From NCBI GenBank assembly GCA_965207065.1, contig OZ242260.1:224001-288000 (forward strand): a stretch of 64,000 nucleotides of DNA, given 5' to 3'. A program made the translations under genes and the position numbers. Numbering within the stretch: the stretch's first letter is position 1; every line of letters starts with the position of its first letter. A model generated the notes under the pieces. That model worked only from the letters and a program-made list of their open reading frames with translations. It was not told the origin of the DNA and made no database searches. Below, piece after piece: positions 18,593 to 27,370 of this stretch. This DNA is from a bacterium. GTDB taxonomy: Bacteria; UBA8248.

Positions 18593-19678
18593 TCAAGCGC
18601 CATATCGCCGTATGGCCTCCTCAGAAAATTCCACTCCGTGTCCGGGGACGTCCGGAACCTCCATGCAGCCGCTCACAACGGGAAACTCCCGCGTCAGGGT
18701 ATCGGGAGGAAGCATCTCCACGTACTCCACCATGTAGCCACTCGGCGTCGCCGCGAGAAGGCTTAACGATACCTCCTGCAAGAGATGCGCGCACAGCGAG
18801 AGGTTGTAGGCTTCGGCCAGATGAGCCGCCTTGCGAAATTCCGTCACCCCGCCGCAGCGGCCCACGTCGGGCTGCAGGAACGCCGCCGCCCTTCTCTCGC
18901 AAATCTCCCGGAAACCCCAGCGCATGTATGCGTTTTCTCCCGCGGCGATGGGCACGGGACTTCTTTCGGCCACTTCCGCCAGATCGTCCACCGAATCGGC
19001 GAGTACGGGCTCCTCGAACCAGCGCACGTCGTATTCGTCGAGCATCGCGGCCACCTCGAGCGCCTCGCGCGGGTTGTACTTCTGGTTCGCGTCCGTGAAC
19101 AGGACGACCGAATCGCCCACCTCATCGCGCAAGAGGCGGACCCGCTCCTCATCCCGGTTGGTACCCAGCTTCAGCTTGTACGCGCTGATGCCCTTCTCCA
19201 TGAAGCCCATGCACTCATCCACCATCTCGGCGTCGGTGAACGTGAGCCAGCCCCCACTGCCGTATACAGGCACCTCGTTCCTGAAGCCGCCCAGAACGCG
19301 GGAGAGAGGCAGCCCCGCCGCCTTGGCGAGCGCGTCCCAGCAGGCGGTATCCACCGCGGAGAGCGCCTGCACGCCCAGCCCGCCGCGCATCCTCGGCTTG
19401 TTCGGCCCCCAGAGGCGCGCCCAGAGCGCCTCTGGCGCCAAGGCGTCCTGCCCCACCGCCAGCGGAGCCAGTTCTTTTTCGATGTAGGGAACAAGGGTCG
19501 TCGAGGTCTCCCCGCCCAGGCCCATCACGAAACCGCAGCCCGTCGGGCCGTTTTCGGTGTGGAGAAAGACCACCAGGTAATCGAGTTCCGACTTCGTGCT
19601 GTTGGCGCTTCCTATCGCGCGGGCGAGTGGCACTTTGAGCGATTTCGCCTCTATCCCTGATATCTTGAGTTCAGCCAC
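18593..19678 (-). CDS. Mandelate racemase / muconate lactonizing enzyme family protein
   Basis: KLKLG, DANQ, WFEEP, AGEN and QPD enolase-superfamily motifs. Confidence 0.9.
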   Translation of the reverse strand: MAELKISGIEAKSLKVPLARAIGSANSTKSELDYLVVFLHTENGPTGCGFVMGLGGETSTTLVPYIEKELAPLAVGQDALAPEALWARLWGPNKPRMRGGLGVQALSAVDTACWDALAKAAGLPLSRVLGGFRNEVPVYGSGGWLTFTDAEMVDECMGFMEKGISAYKLKLGTNRDEERVRLLRDEVGDSVVLFTDANQKYNPREALEVAAMLDEYDVRWFEEPVLADSVDDLAEVAERSPVPIAAGENAYMRWGFREICERRAAAFLQPDVGRCGGVTEFRKAAHLAEAYNLSLCAHLLQEVSLSLLAATPSGYMVEYVEMLPPDTLTREFPVVSGCMEVPDVPGHGVEFSEEAIRRYGA

Positions 19679-19777
19679 CCGTCATACTCCGTGAAAGCTC
19701 TCGCTACGATACAGCAAAACAAAGGCTGCGGAGGCTCAATGCAAGCCCCCGCAGCCTTAGGCAACGAACCAAATAAC

Positions 19778-20788
19778 CTAGTTCATCTTCATGCTGGCCA
19801 GCGCTTTGGTGAGCGGGCCTCTCTCGATGCCTTCACCCCCTGCGAAATCGGGCAGGCGCCGAATCTTGCCGCGGCCCTTCTGCACCTTGGCCGTCGCGTT
19901 GAGCGCGTTGATGATGCGCGGCGTGATCTTGTACAGCGGACGCACCACGTTGATGGAGCGCCTGGCGATGGAGTAATCCACCTTGCGGCCCTTCGCTGTC
20001 AGCCACTTGTGATAGACCTTGGCGAATTTGTCGGGGTCTTTCTTCCAGAGGTTCGCGGACTTGAGGTAGGCGCGCAGATACTTCACCACGCCCCCGGGGT
20101 TGCTCTTGAGCGTCCTGGGGTTCGCGAGTTCGATGAAGATCATCGCCGGCGGATTGTCGTACTTGCAGTAATCCACGATGGGACGGCCCCATTTCTTGTC
20201 CGCGAGACGGAACGAGGTGGGCGCGCCGATGACCATTGCGGAAACCACCTTTGCCCGGAAGGCGGAGAGCCGCTCCGCCGTGGTGGTGTTCATGATCTTG
20301 ATGTCTTTCGGCTTCATCCCGAACGCGGGCAGGATGCCGTTGTCCAGCACGAAGTGGGTGGACGTGCCCTTCTTCTCGGCGATGGTCTTGCCCTTGAGAT
20401 CGGCCACCGTCTTGACCGGAGAATCGGGCGGCACCCAGATCGAGATGGATTTACACCATGAGGAACTGGCGGAAACCATCACCAGGCCCGCCTTTTTCGC
20501 CACCCCGTCCACGTAGGGCCGCGTGGCGCCGTGGCCCACGTCGAGACTGCGCGAGAGCAGCGCCTCGATGACGAGCTTGCCCTGCGCGAATACTTTCACG
20601 TCCCAATTGCCTTTTCCGAACTCCTCATCGAAATAGCCCATCCCCATGGCGACCGCCGTGAAGGAGCCGAACGTCTGGCGGTGCATGCCGATGCGGAACT
20701 TGGCCGCCTCGGCGTCCGTCGCCTGGAAGCCGACCGGCACGAGGCTCAATGCAAGAAACAGACTTAACAACCCGAACCACTTTCTCAT
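19778..20788 (-). CDS. ABC transporter substrate-binding protein (SsuA/NMT1-like)
   Basis: Signal peptide MRKWFGLL...AEA and VKTVADLKGKTIA..GTSTH. Start moved to ATG 20788 (GAGAGGAG RBS) because the upstream ORF extension is repeat DNA. Confidence 0.85.
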   Translation of the reverse strand: MRKWFGLLSLFLALSLVPVGFQATDAEAAKFRIGMHRQTFGSFTAVAMGMGYFDEEFGKGNWDVKVFAQGKLVIEALLSRSLDVGHGATRPYVDGVAKKAGLVMVSASSSWCKSISIWVPPDSPVKTVADLKGKTIAEKKGTSTHFVLDNGILPAFGMKPKDIKIMNTTTAERLSAFRAKVVSAMVIGAPTSFRLADKKWGRPIVDYCKYDNPPAMIFIELANPRTLKSNPGGVVKYLRAYLKSANLWKKDPDKFAKVYHKWLTAKGRKVDYSIARRSINVVRPLYKITPRIINALNATAKVQKGRGKIRRLPDFAGGEGIERGPLTKALASMKMN

Positions 20789-20991
20789 CTTGTTTCTCCT
20801 CTCGGAAAATGAAAATGGATTGCTTACCTCACGAAAGCGTGAACGCTTATTTGAACTGGATGGCCAAAGTATGCCACAGACGAGATTTCGTTGCATCCGA
20901 CAAGCGCGGCCTGGCCGGTGTTGTTGGATAAATCCGTTTCGGAAGCGGGCGGCATGGATGTTCACTTGGCGTGGGCGGGCGCGATGGTTTT

Positions 20992-21067
20992 GTAGGGACA
21001 ACCCTCCGTGGTTGTCCTGCCCCCATGGTCGTACTTCGTCAGGACAGGCACGGAGGCCTGTCCCTAC
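20992..21067. repeat. GTAG-type REP doublet
   Basis: GTAGGGACAACCCTCCGTGGTTGTCC ... GGACAGGCACGGAGGCCTGTCCCTAC in inverted orientation. Confidence 0.8.
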
Positions 21068-21195
21068 GGTGAACAATTCGATGATCAGGATTCCCTCCCT
21101 CCTCGGAGGGACTTTTTCTACAGCCCCGATGAATGAGCGTTTACGCGCCTACTCAGGATGAGGGTGGGGTGTCGAACGCCCGCGCAGCGCCCGCC

Positions 21196-22011
21196 TCAAA
21201 GCCGCATCAAATCCTCACCGGCGATGATGGGTCCGTTGAAATATGGGGCTATCGCCTCGCGCACCTTGTCGTTCGGCGCCAGGGGAGGAACGACGTGGGC
21301 GAAAACGAGCTGGCCGACGTCGGCCTCGCTAGCCGTTTTTCCGACTTCTTCCGCCGTGGCGTGATGAGCCGCCACAATCTTCGCCGTGGCTTTGAAACTC
21401 CCGAACCTCTCGTCAATCAACTCCGGCAGGCAGGGGTGCATCACCAGCACGTCCGCCCCTCGCGCCAGGGGAACCAGCTTATCCGTTGGGCTGCCGTCGC
21501 TCGCGATGACGATTTTTCTCCCCTCCGCCTCGAACGCGTAGGAGATGATGTCGTCCACGTTCCCGTGGCGCGTGCCCTTCTCGGCGCGGATGGCGATGCC
21601 ATCCACCTCGATCGAATCGCCGGGCTCAAGGACGGACACCTCGATATCGGTTCCCGCCCTGGGTTTTCCCTCCTCCGCCCTCAGATCGATGTCGTACTCG
21701 TAATAGCGGAGCATCCGCTCGACTATCTCCTCGACGGGTGACGGCCCGTAAACCTTGAGCGGCGTCGATGCGCCCATGATCCACCGCGAGATGAAGAACT
21801 CGCCGAAGCCGGTGTAGTGATCGGAGTGAAAATGCGTGAAAAACAGGTGGTCCACACCGCTCACGTGAAAACCCGATTTCATGATCTGGGTCGCGGCGTG
21901 GCGGGCGGCGTCCACCAGGTAGAGTTTCCCGTCTTTCACGACCGCGTTGCACGGGCCGCTTTTCTGAGGGGTCGGCGGCGGCGCGCCCACGCCCAGGAGT
22001 ATGAGTTCCAA
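21196..22011 (-). CDS. MBL-fold hydrolase, RNase Z / AtsA arylsulfatase-like
   Basis: LILLG, THFHSDH, ASD, HHAT and FAH motifs. Confidence 0.85.
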   Translation of the reverse strand: MELILLGVGAPPPTPQKSGPCNAVVKDGKLYLVDAARHAATQIMKSGFHVSGVDHLFFTHFHSDHYTGFGEFFISRWIMGASTPLKVYGPSPVEEIVERMLRYYEYDIDLRAEEGKPRAGTDIEVSVLEPGDSIEVDGIAIRAEKGTRHGNVDDIISYAFEAEGRKIVIASDGSPTDKLVPLARGADVLVMHPCLPELIDERFGSFKATAKIVAAHHATAEEVGKTASEADVGQLVFAHVVPPLAPNDKVREAIAPYFNGPIIAGEDLMRL

Positions 22012-22122
22012 AACAGGGTTTCCTCCCCTTCACGAAAGTGGATATGTGTCTTGCCGGAACGGATTCTTGTAGGTATTCTTGCGCGAATATCCTCACTCAC
22101 GTCAACCAGAAGAGAGGCCGCC

Positions 22123-22989
22123 ATGGATCGTCTGTCCGAACACCTGTACGCAGAGACCGCCTACGACTGGGCGAACGTGGGCGCCGCCGTCACGGAAAGC
22201 GGCGTCGTCCTCCTCGACTCCCCGGTTCGGCCGAGCGATTCGCGCAAGTGGCAGGAAGAAGTCTCTTCTTTAAGTCCGCTGGGCGTGCGCTACCTCATCG
22301 CCACCGATTATCACGGCGACCACACGACGGGCTCCTCCTTCATCGAAGGGGACGTCACCCGCATCGCCCCCCAATACGTCTACGATGAAATATCGAAGGG
22401 CGACAACGCATTCTCGAAGGAAATCTTCGTGAAGACGCTCCGGGATCTCGGCTTCAACGAGGAGGCGGATGAAATCGAAAACGCCGCCGTGCCGCTTCCC
22501 CAGTTCTGCTTCGAGGACAACCTCACCCTGCATCTTCCGCCGCTCACGTTCGAGATTCACCGCAAGGGGGGCCACTCCCCCGCCTGCACGTCCGTCCTCG
22601 TGCCCGAGGAGGGCGTACTCTTCGCCGGCGACGTCGTCATCAACGGCCCCTCGGCCGGCATGCGCGACGCCTTCGTGCAGGAATGGATAGACGCGCTCGC
22701 CTGGGTGGAGGGCCTCGATATCGAGACCATCGTCCCCGGCCACGGCGAAATATGCGGCAAGGAAGTGGCCACGAAACTCAAAAATACCCTGAGCGGAATG
22801 ATGGAGATCATGGTCGAGGTCGTCTCCGGGGGTAAAGAGAAAGCCGAAGCCACGGAGGACCCGAAATTCATGAAATATTTCCACGCCGACGAAACGCGCG
22901 GCGAATACTGGCTCCAGCAGAGAAAAGAAACCTTCCGCGATGGTCTCGAACGCCTGTACGACGAGGTCGCCGCGCAGCGGGGGTTGTAG
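22123..22989 (+). CDS. MBL-fold metallo-hydrolase (cyclase-like)
   Basis: ATDYHGDH, GGHS, FAGD and VPGHG motifs; start at ATG 22123 (GAGAGG RBS). Confidence 0.85.
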   Translation: MDRLSEHLYAETAYDWANVGAAVTESGVVLLDSPVRPSDSRKWQEEVSSLSPLGVRYLIATDYHGDHTTGSSFIEGDVTRIAPQYVYDEISKGDNAFSKEIFVKTLRDLGFNEEADEIENAAVPLPQFCFEDNLTLHLPPLTFEIHRKGGHSPACTSVLVPEEGVLFAGDVVINGPSAGMRDAFVQEWIDALAWVEGLDIETIVPGHGEICGKEVATKLKNTLSGMMEIMVEVVSGGKEKAEATEDPKFMKYFHADETRGEYWLQQRKETFRDGLERLYDEVAAQRGL

Positions 22990-23085
22990 AAATAGTCCTG
23001 ATCTCGTGATTTGGCGTATGTAATCGACAGACGAGAGAGAAGACAACACAATCCCTCTCGCCTTGGTCGGGATTGACCCCTTGAG

Positions 23086-23291
23086 GGGGCCGCTGAAAAA
23101 GTCCTGCAATGCCGGTATGGCGGCGACGGGATACCACCTTGCCGGAGGGAATGTAGGGGTCGCATATATGCGACCCGTATGCCTCGAACGGGGAGGGCCG
23201 CATATATGCGGCCCCTACAACAAAAACGGAAATGATGCCGAAATGACGGCGGTGATCAAATCCGAGCGAGGAGAGGTTTTCCAACAACCCC
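23086..23291. mobile_element. Putative MITE: imperfect IS-like terminal inverted repeats enclosing a REP doublet
   Basis: Ends are GGGGCCGCTGAAAAAGTC and AGGTTTTCCAACAACCCC. Internal GTAGGGGTCGCATATATGCGACCC (23153-23176) pairs with GGGCCGCATATATGCGGCCCCTAC (23195-23218). Confidence 0.55.
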
Positions 23292-23337
23292 GCAGGGATA
23301 GAAGCCTGTTCCACCAACATCCGAAAAGGAGACTTCA

Positions 23338-23766
23338 ATGAGAGTAGAAGAGAGGAAACTGGGCCGCATCTTCCGCGTTACGCTCGAGGCCGGCGATAAT
23401 TTCTATACGAATTTATGCAACCTCGTGAAGGAGAAGAACATTCGCGCGGGTTCGGTCTTCCTCATCGGCGCCCTCGCCGAGACGGACATGATATCGGGCT
23501 TCAAGAGCATGGACGGCTACGACGTCGACCGGCTGCACTTCGAGGGCTGGCGCGAACTCGTGGCGCTCGGGAACATCACCTGGCCGGACGAGCCGCCCCT
23601 CGCTCTGGGCGACGTAACCTGGGACGAACCCCAGCCCTACGTCCACGTGCACATGGCCATCAGCGGCGGACCGGGCGAGCCGGAAAAGGTTCTGGCGGGC
23701 CACCTGAGCGACGGCACCATCAAGGGCGGCATGGTCGTCGAAATCTACGAGCACCTGGACGCCTAG
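23338..23766 (+). CDS. PPC / DUF296 domain protein
   Basis: IGAL, ELVALGNI, PYVHVH and AGHL motifs. Confidence 0.85.
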   Translation: MRVEERKLGRIFRVTLEAGDNFYTNLCNLVKEKNIRAGSVFLIGALAETDMISGFKSMDGYDVDRLHFEGWRELVALGNITWPDEPPLALGDVTWDEPQPYVHVHMAISGGPGEPEKVLAGHLSDGTIKGGMVVEIYEHLDA

Positions 23767-23811
23767 AGCGGTTCGTCCGCCGCTGCGGACGGATTTTCGC
23801 CGAAAGAAACG

Positions 23812-24960
23812 ATGAACGACACGCCCCTCGAAAACCTCCCCTTCGCGCCCAGCGAAGACCCCTTCGTCGTGGAGCACGGCGGTTTCTACCGCCGGTGGTT
23901 CTCCATGATCGAGGACCTCGAAGAGTTGAAAGACGCCGTGGCGTCTCTCAAGGGCACGACCGACGACCTCTGGGTGCCCCTCTGGAGCGGGATTGGAGCG
24001 CGCTATGAACGAGAAGCGGAGGAGCTCGCCGCCCAGGGAGAGACAACCGCAGCGCGAAATAAATTCCTCCTCGCCAAGACCTACTACAGCCTTGCGCGGT
24101 TTCCCCGCCCTCTGACCCCGCTCAAGGAACAAGCCAACCAGGACTGCATTCGCGCTTACTTGAGAGCGTGTGAATCCCTGGACCCGCCGCTCGAAGTCGT
24201 AAGCGTGGAGTGCGAGGGTGAGCGCATCACATCCCACTTCCGCGCGCCGAAAGACGCGAACGCGGATAACCCCGCGCCCGCCGTCCTCATCATGTGCGGC
24301 GGGGACATGTTCAAGGAAGACCGCGGCTGGGCGGGCGGGATGGCCCTGGAACACGGCCTGGCCTCCCTGGTGATGGACGGTCCAGGGACGGGGGAGAACC
24401 CCTTTCCCTACGAACCGGAATCCGTCTCGGCGTGGAAGGCGGCGGTGGACTATCTCGCCGCGCGTCCCGAGGTGGACGGGGGGCGCATCGGCGCGTTCGG
24501 CATCAGCCGGGGCGGACATTCGGTGATGCTGCTCGCGGGCTCTTATCCCGAGAAGGTGCGCGCCGCCGTGGCGAGCGCGGGCCACCACTTCGGCTACCGC
24601 ATGACGGAGGCGGAGATGGAGAACTACGTCGCCAACAGGAACAGGCGGGCCGCCTACATATTCGGCGCGCCGGGAGACGGGCCATCGTTTCCGCCCACCA
24701 CGGTCGAGCAGGAAGAGGCGCTGTTCCGGCGCTGGTCGCTGAGCGAACTGGGGCTGGTGGAGAAAATCGTCTGCCCCGTCCTGATGATCAACGGAAAACA
24801 GGATCACCTCGCCCCTATCGGGAACATCTACTACATGCTCGAACACGGCCCCGTGACCGGCAAGGAGGCGCGCGTCTATCCGGATGATGGCCACTGCGCC
24901 TTCAAGCACTTCGCCGAGTGGGCGCCCGAGTCGTTCCGGTGGCTGAGGGAGAGGTTGTAG
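23812..24960 (+). CDS. Alpha/beta hydrolase (FrsA / DUF1100-like)
   Basis: MDGPGTGE, GISRGG nucleophile elbow, GKQD and GHC. Confidence 0.85.
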   Translation: MNDTPLENLPFAPSEDPFVVEHGGFYRRWFSMIEDLEELKDAVASLKGTTDDLWVPLWSGIGARYEREAEELAAQGETTAARNKFLLAKTYYSLARFPRPLTPLKEQANQDCIRAYLRACESLDPPLEVVSVECEGERITSHFRAPKDANADNPAPAVLIMCGGDMFKEDRGWAGGMALEHGLASLVMDGPGTGENPFPYEPESVSAWKAAVDYLAARPEVDGGRIGAFGISRGGHSVMLLAGSYPEKVRAAVASAGHHFGYRMTEAEMENYVANRNRRAAYIFGAPGDGPSFPPTTVEQEEALFRRWSLSELGLVEKIVCPVLMINGKQDHLAPIGNIYYMLEHGPVTGKEARVYPDDGHCAFKHFAEWAPESFRWLRERL

Positions 24961-25106
24961 GCAATCGGGCGGACACGCCGGTCACCGGACGGGCAAGGGG
25001 GCTGTCCGCTGCCAAGAAAACCACGCAAATCGAAACGAGCCTTTAGGGGCGTCGAACTTCCTGAAGAGGGGAGTTCGACCGTGGCCGCTCGTGGTCCGCC
25101 TTTGGC

Positions 25107-25293
25107 CGTCATTCCGGCGCATGCCGGAATCCAGGGGTTTCTCATTTCCTTTATCTTCTGTCGCATTTCCGCCAATGTGAGGGCATGAAACGCCGCATAT
25201 CTCCAATCCCATCGGCTCTGGATTCCGGCTTTCGCCGGAATGACGAACAATACCGAACCGCCTCGAAAGGACAGGTCGCGACCTGTCCCTACG
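25107..25293. repeat. CGTC-type REP doublet plus a GTAG-type palindrome
   Basis: CGTCATTCCGGCGCATGCCGGAATCCAG (25107-25134) pairs with CTGGATTCCGGCTTTCGCCGGAATGACG (25218-25245). AGGACAGGTCGCGACCTGTCCCTAC lies at 25268-25292. Confidence 0.85.
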
Positions 25294-25507
25294 AAACCAT
25301 ACAAATAAAACGAAGCCGCAGAAGGGTGGTCTCCAAAACCGCCCTACCCCGTGGCCATCCACGATTCGTTGTTGACCGCAATCGCTGCATCCTCTTCATC
25401 GCGCCGCATGGCCGCATCGCCTGAAAACGATGTATAATCCCGCCACCGCACCGGCCGCCTGGTGCCGATCGTTTCTTCATTCCATTTCTCAAAACCAGGA
25501 GACAGCC

Positions 25508-26395
25508 ATGGAGCGCAGACAAGCGAGTGATTTCGACCAGGAACTGCTGGACCTGTTCGACGAGTACGTGCACGGCATCATCGAGCGCAGGGAGTTTCTC
25601 GACAGGGCGGCCAAGTTCGCCGTGGGCGGCCTCACCGCCGCCGCCCTGCTGGATATGCTCTCGCCCGATTACGCGCTGGCGAAACAAGTCGAGGAGAACG
25701 ACGCACGCATCAAGGGGCAGATGATTGAATACGCCTCTCCAAAAGGACACGGGAAGATAAAAGGCTATCTCGTCCGGCCCGCCGGCGGGGGCAAGCGCGG
25801 CGGCGTGGTCGTCGTGCACGAGAACAGGGGCCTGAACCCCTATGTCGCGGACGTGGCCCGCCGCGTGGCCGTGGCCGGCTACACCGCGCTCGCGCCCGAC
25901 GGACTCACCCCGCTGGGCGGATACCCCGGCAACGACCCCGACGGCAAGGTTATGCAGCGAAAGCTCGATAAGGCGAAACTCCTGCAGGATTTCTTCGCCG
26001 CCTTCGATCACCTGAAAGCCGACGCGAGCGCGAACGGCAAGGTGGGCGTGGTGGGCTTTTGCTACGGGGGCGGCGTTTCGAACGCCATGGCCGTTCACAA
26101 GCCGGACCTCGCCGCGTCCGTTCCCTTCTACGGCCGCCATCCTAAGACCGAAGCCGAGGTCGCCCGGATCAAGGCGCCCCTACTGATCCATTTCGGCGAG
26201 CTCGACGCGCGCATCAACAAGGGCTGGCCCGCCTATGAGGCCGCGCTCAAGAAACACGGCAAGGAATACACCGCGCATTTCTACCCCAAGGCGAACCACG
26301 GCTTCCACAACGACACCACCCCGCGCTACGACAAGGCGGCGGCCGAACTTGCCTGGAAACGCACGATAGACTTCTTCCGGGCGAAGCTCGTATAG
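25508..26395 (+). CDS. Dienelactone hydrolase family protein (YghX-like)
   Basis: [26 protein letters not shown] and [12 protein letters not shown] motifs. Confidence 0.92.
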   Translation: MERRQASDFDQELLDLFDEYVHGIIERREFLDRAAKFAVGGLTAAALLDMLSPDYALAKQVEENDARIKGQMIEYASPKGHGKIKGYLVRPAGGGKRGGVVVVHENRGLNPYVADVARRVAVAGYTALAPDGLTPLGGYPGNDPDGKVMQRKLDKAKLLQDFFAAFDHLKADASANGKVGVVGFCYGGGVSNAMAVHKPDLAASVPFYGRHPKTEAEVARIKAPLLIHFGELDARINKGWPAYEAALKKHGKEYTAHFYPKANHGFHNDTTPRYDKAAAELAWKRTIDFFRAKLV

Positions 26396-26402
26396 ACCGA
26401 TT

Positions 26403-26437
26403 GAAGGCCGCCTCCCCCGAGAGGTGGAGGCGCCTTC
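26403..26437 (+). terminator. Hairpin after the hydrolase gene, possible terminator
   Basis: GAAGG(C)CGCCTCC ... GGAGGCGCCTTC; the U tract is weak. Confidence 0.4.
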
Positions 26438-26562
26438 TGAATTTATGCCGGACCGTTTCCACTGCCTCACACATCTGACATAATGGATTGCCATGAGGAC
26501 CCCTGTTCGGTCGAGCAGTTTCTCGGCCCCTCGTTTCCAACGAGACAGGGAATCACGACCTC

Positions 26563-27318
26563 ATGCGCGGCCTGCCAGGAAAATTCATCGACTTCAACAA
26601 ATGCCTCTCCAGACGTTTCGACGCGGTGCTGCCCAAATCATTCCGGGTGGATGGACATAAACATTTCAGAGAAAAATTCGCGCCGCCTCAAATCCCCGAT
26701 GGTGCTCTGGTATACGAAGTGGGCGGGGGGAAACATCCTCTGCACTCCAGAGAAGAGAAGGTGCTGCGGGATCTTCATGTCGTAGGCCTCGACATCGACG
26801 AGGGAGAGCTGACCAGGGCGCCGCGCGGGGCCTACGATGCGACCATCCGCGCCGACATCACTGAATACCGGGGACGCGAAAACGCCGATGTGGTGATCTG
26901 CCAGGCGCTGTTTGAGCACGTCGCGGACACGAATTTCGCATTCGCCGGTCTGGCAAGCATATTGAAAAAGGACGGCGTTGCACTCCTTTTCACGCCATCG
27001 AGAAACGCCGTCTACGCACGGGTAAATCTTCTCATTCCCGAGAGGCTCAAGCGAATTCTGATCAGGCTCCTCTATCCCGAACTCGCGGATCAGTCCGGGT
27101 TTCCGGGCCGCTACCATCACTGCACGTTGTCCGAATTCGAAGATATGGCGCGTGGGCAAGGCTTCGCCGTAGTTCAGAAAAAGACCTATTATTTCAGTGA
27201 GTATTTCAGCTTTTTCGCGCCCTTTCACGTTCTCTGGCGACTTTGGCTTTGGGGTTTCTTTCTCTTTGCGCGAGACGGGGCGGCTGAAACCTTCAGCATG
27301 GCGCTTCGCAAATTGTGA
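26563..27318 (+). CDS. Class I SAM-dependent methyltransferase
   Basis: YEVGGG, GLDID, ADIT and LFEHV motifs. Confidence 0.85.
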   Translation: MRGLPGKFIDFNKCLSRRFDAVLPKSFRVDGHKHFREKFAPPQIPDGALVYEVGGGKHPLHSREEKVLRDLHVVGLDIDEGELTRAPRGAYDATIRADITEYRGRENADVVICQALFEHVADTNFAFAGLASILKKDGVALLFTPSRNAVYARVNLLIPERLKRILIRLLYPELADQSGFPGRYHHCTLSEFEDMARGQGFAVVQKKTYYFSEYFSFFAPFHVLWRLWLWGFFLFARDGAAETFSMALRKL

Positions 27319-27370
27319 GGATGGAATCCTGGGCGCGTCCCGGTTCTTTCATTCAAGCTGAGCGGACATC

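Noticed and set aside
20992-25293. CRISPR array
   Set aside because: The palindromic repeats are inverted doublets of differing sequence scattered between genes. There is no regular repeat-spacer period and no cas gene.
26400-26560. Distal att site of a tRNA-Glu-integrated island
   Set aside because: Only a short ACCCCTGTT match to the T-arm was found, with no copy of the tRNA 3' end and no integrase.
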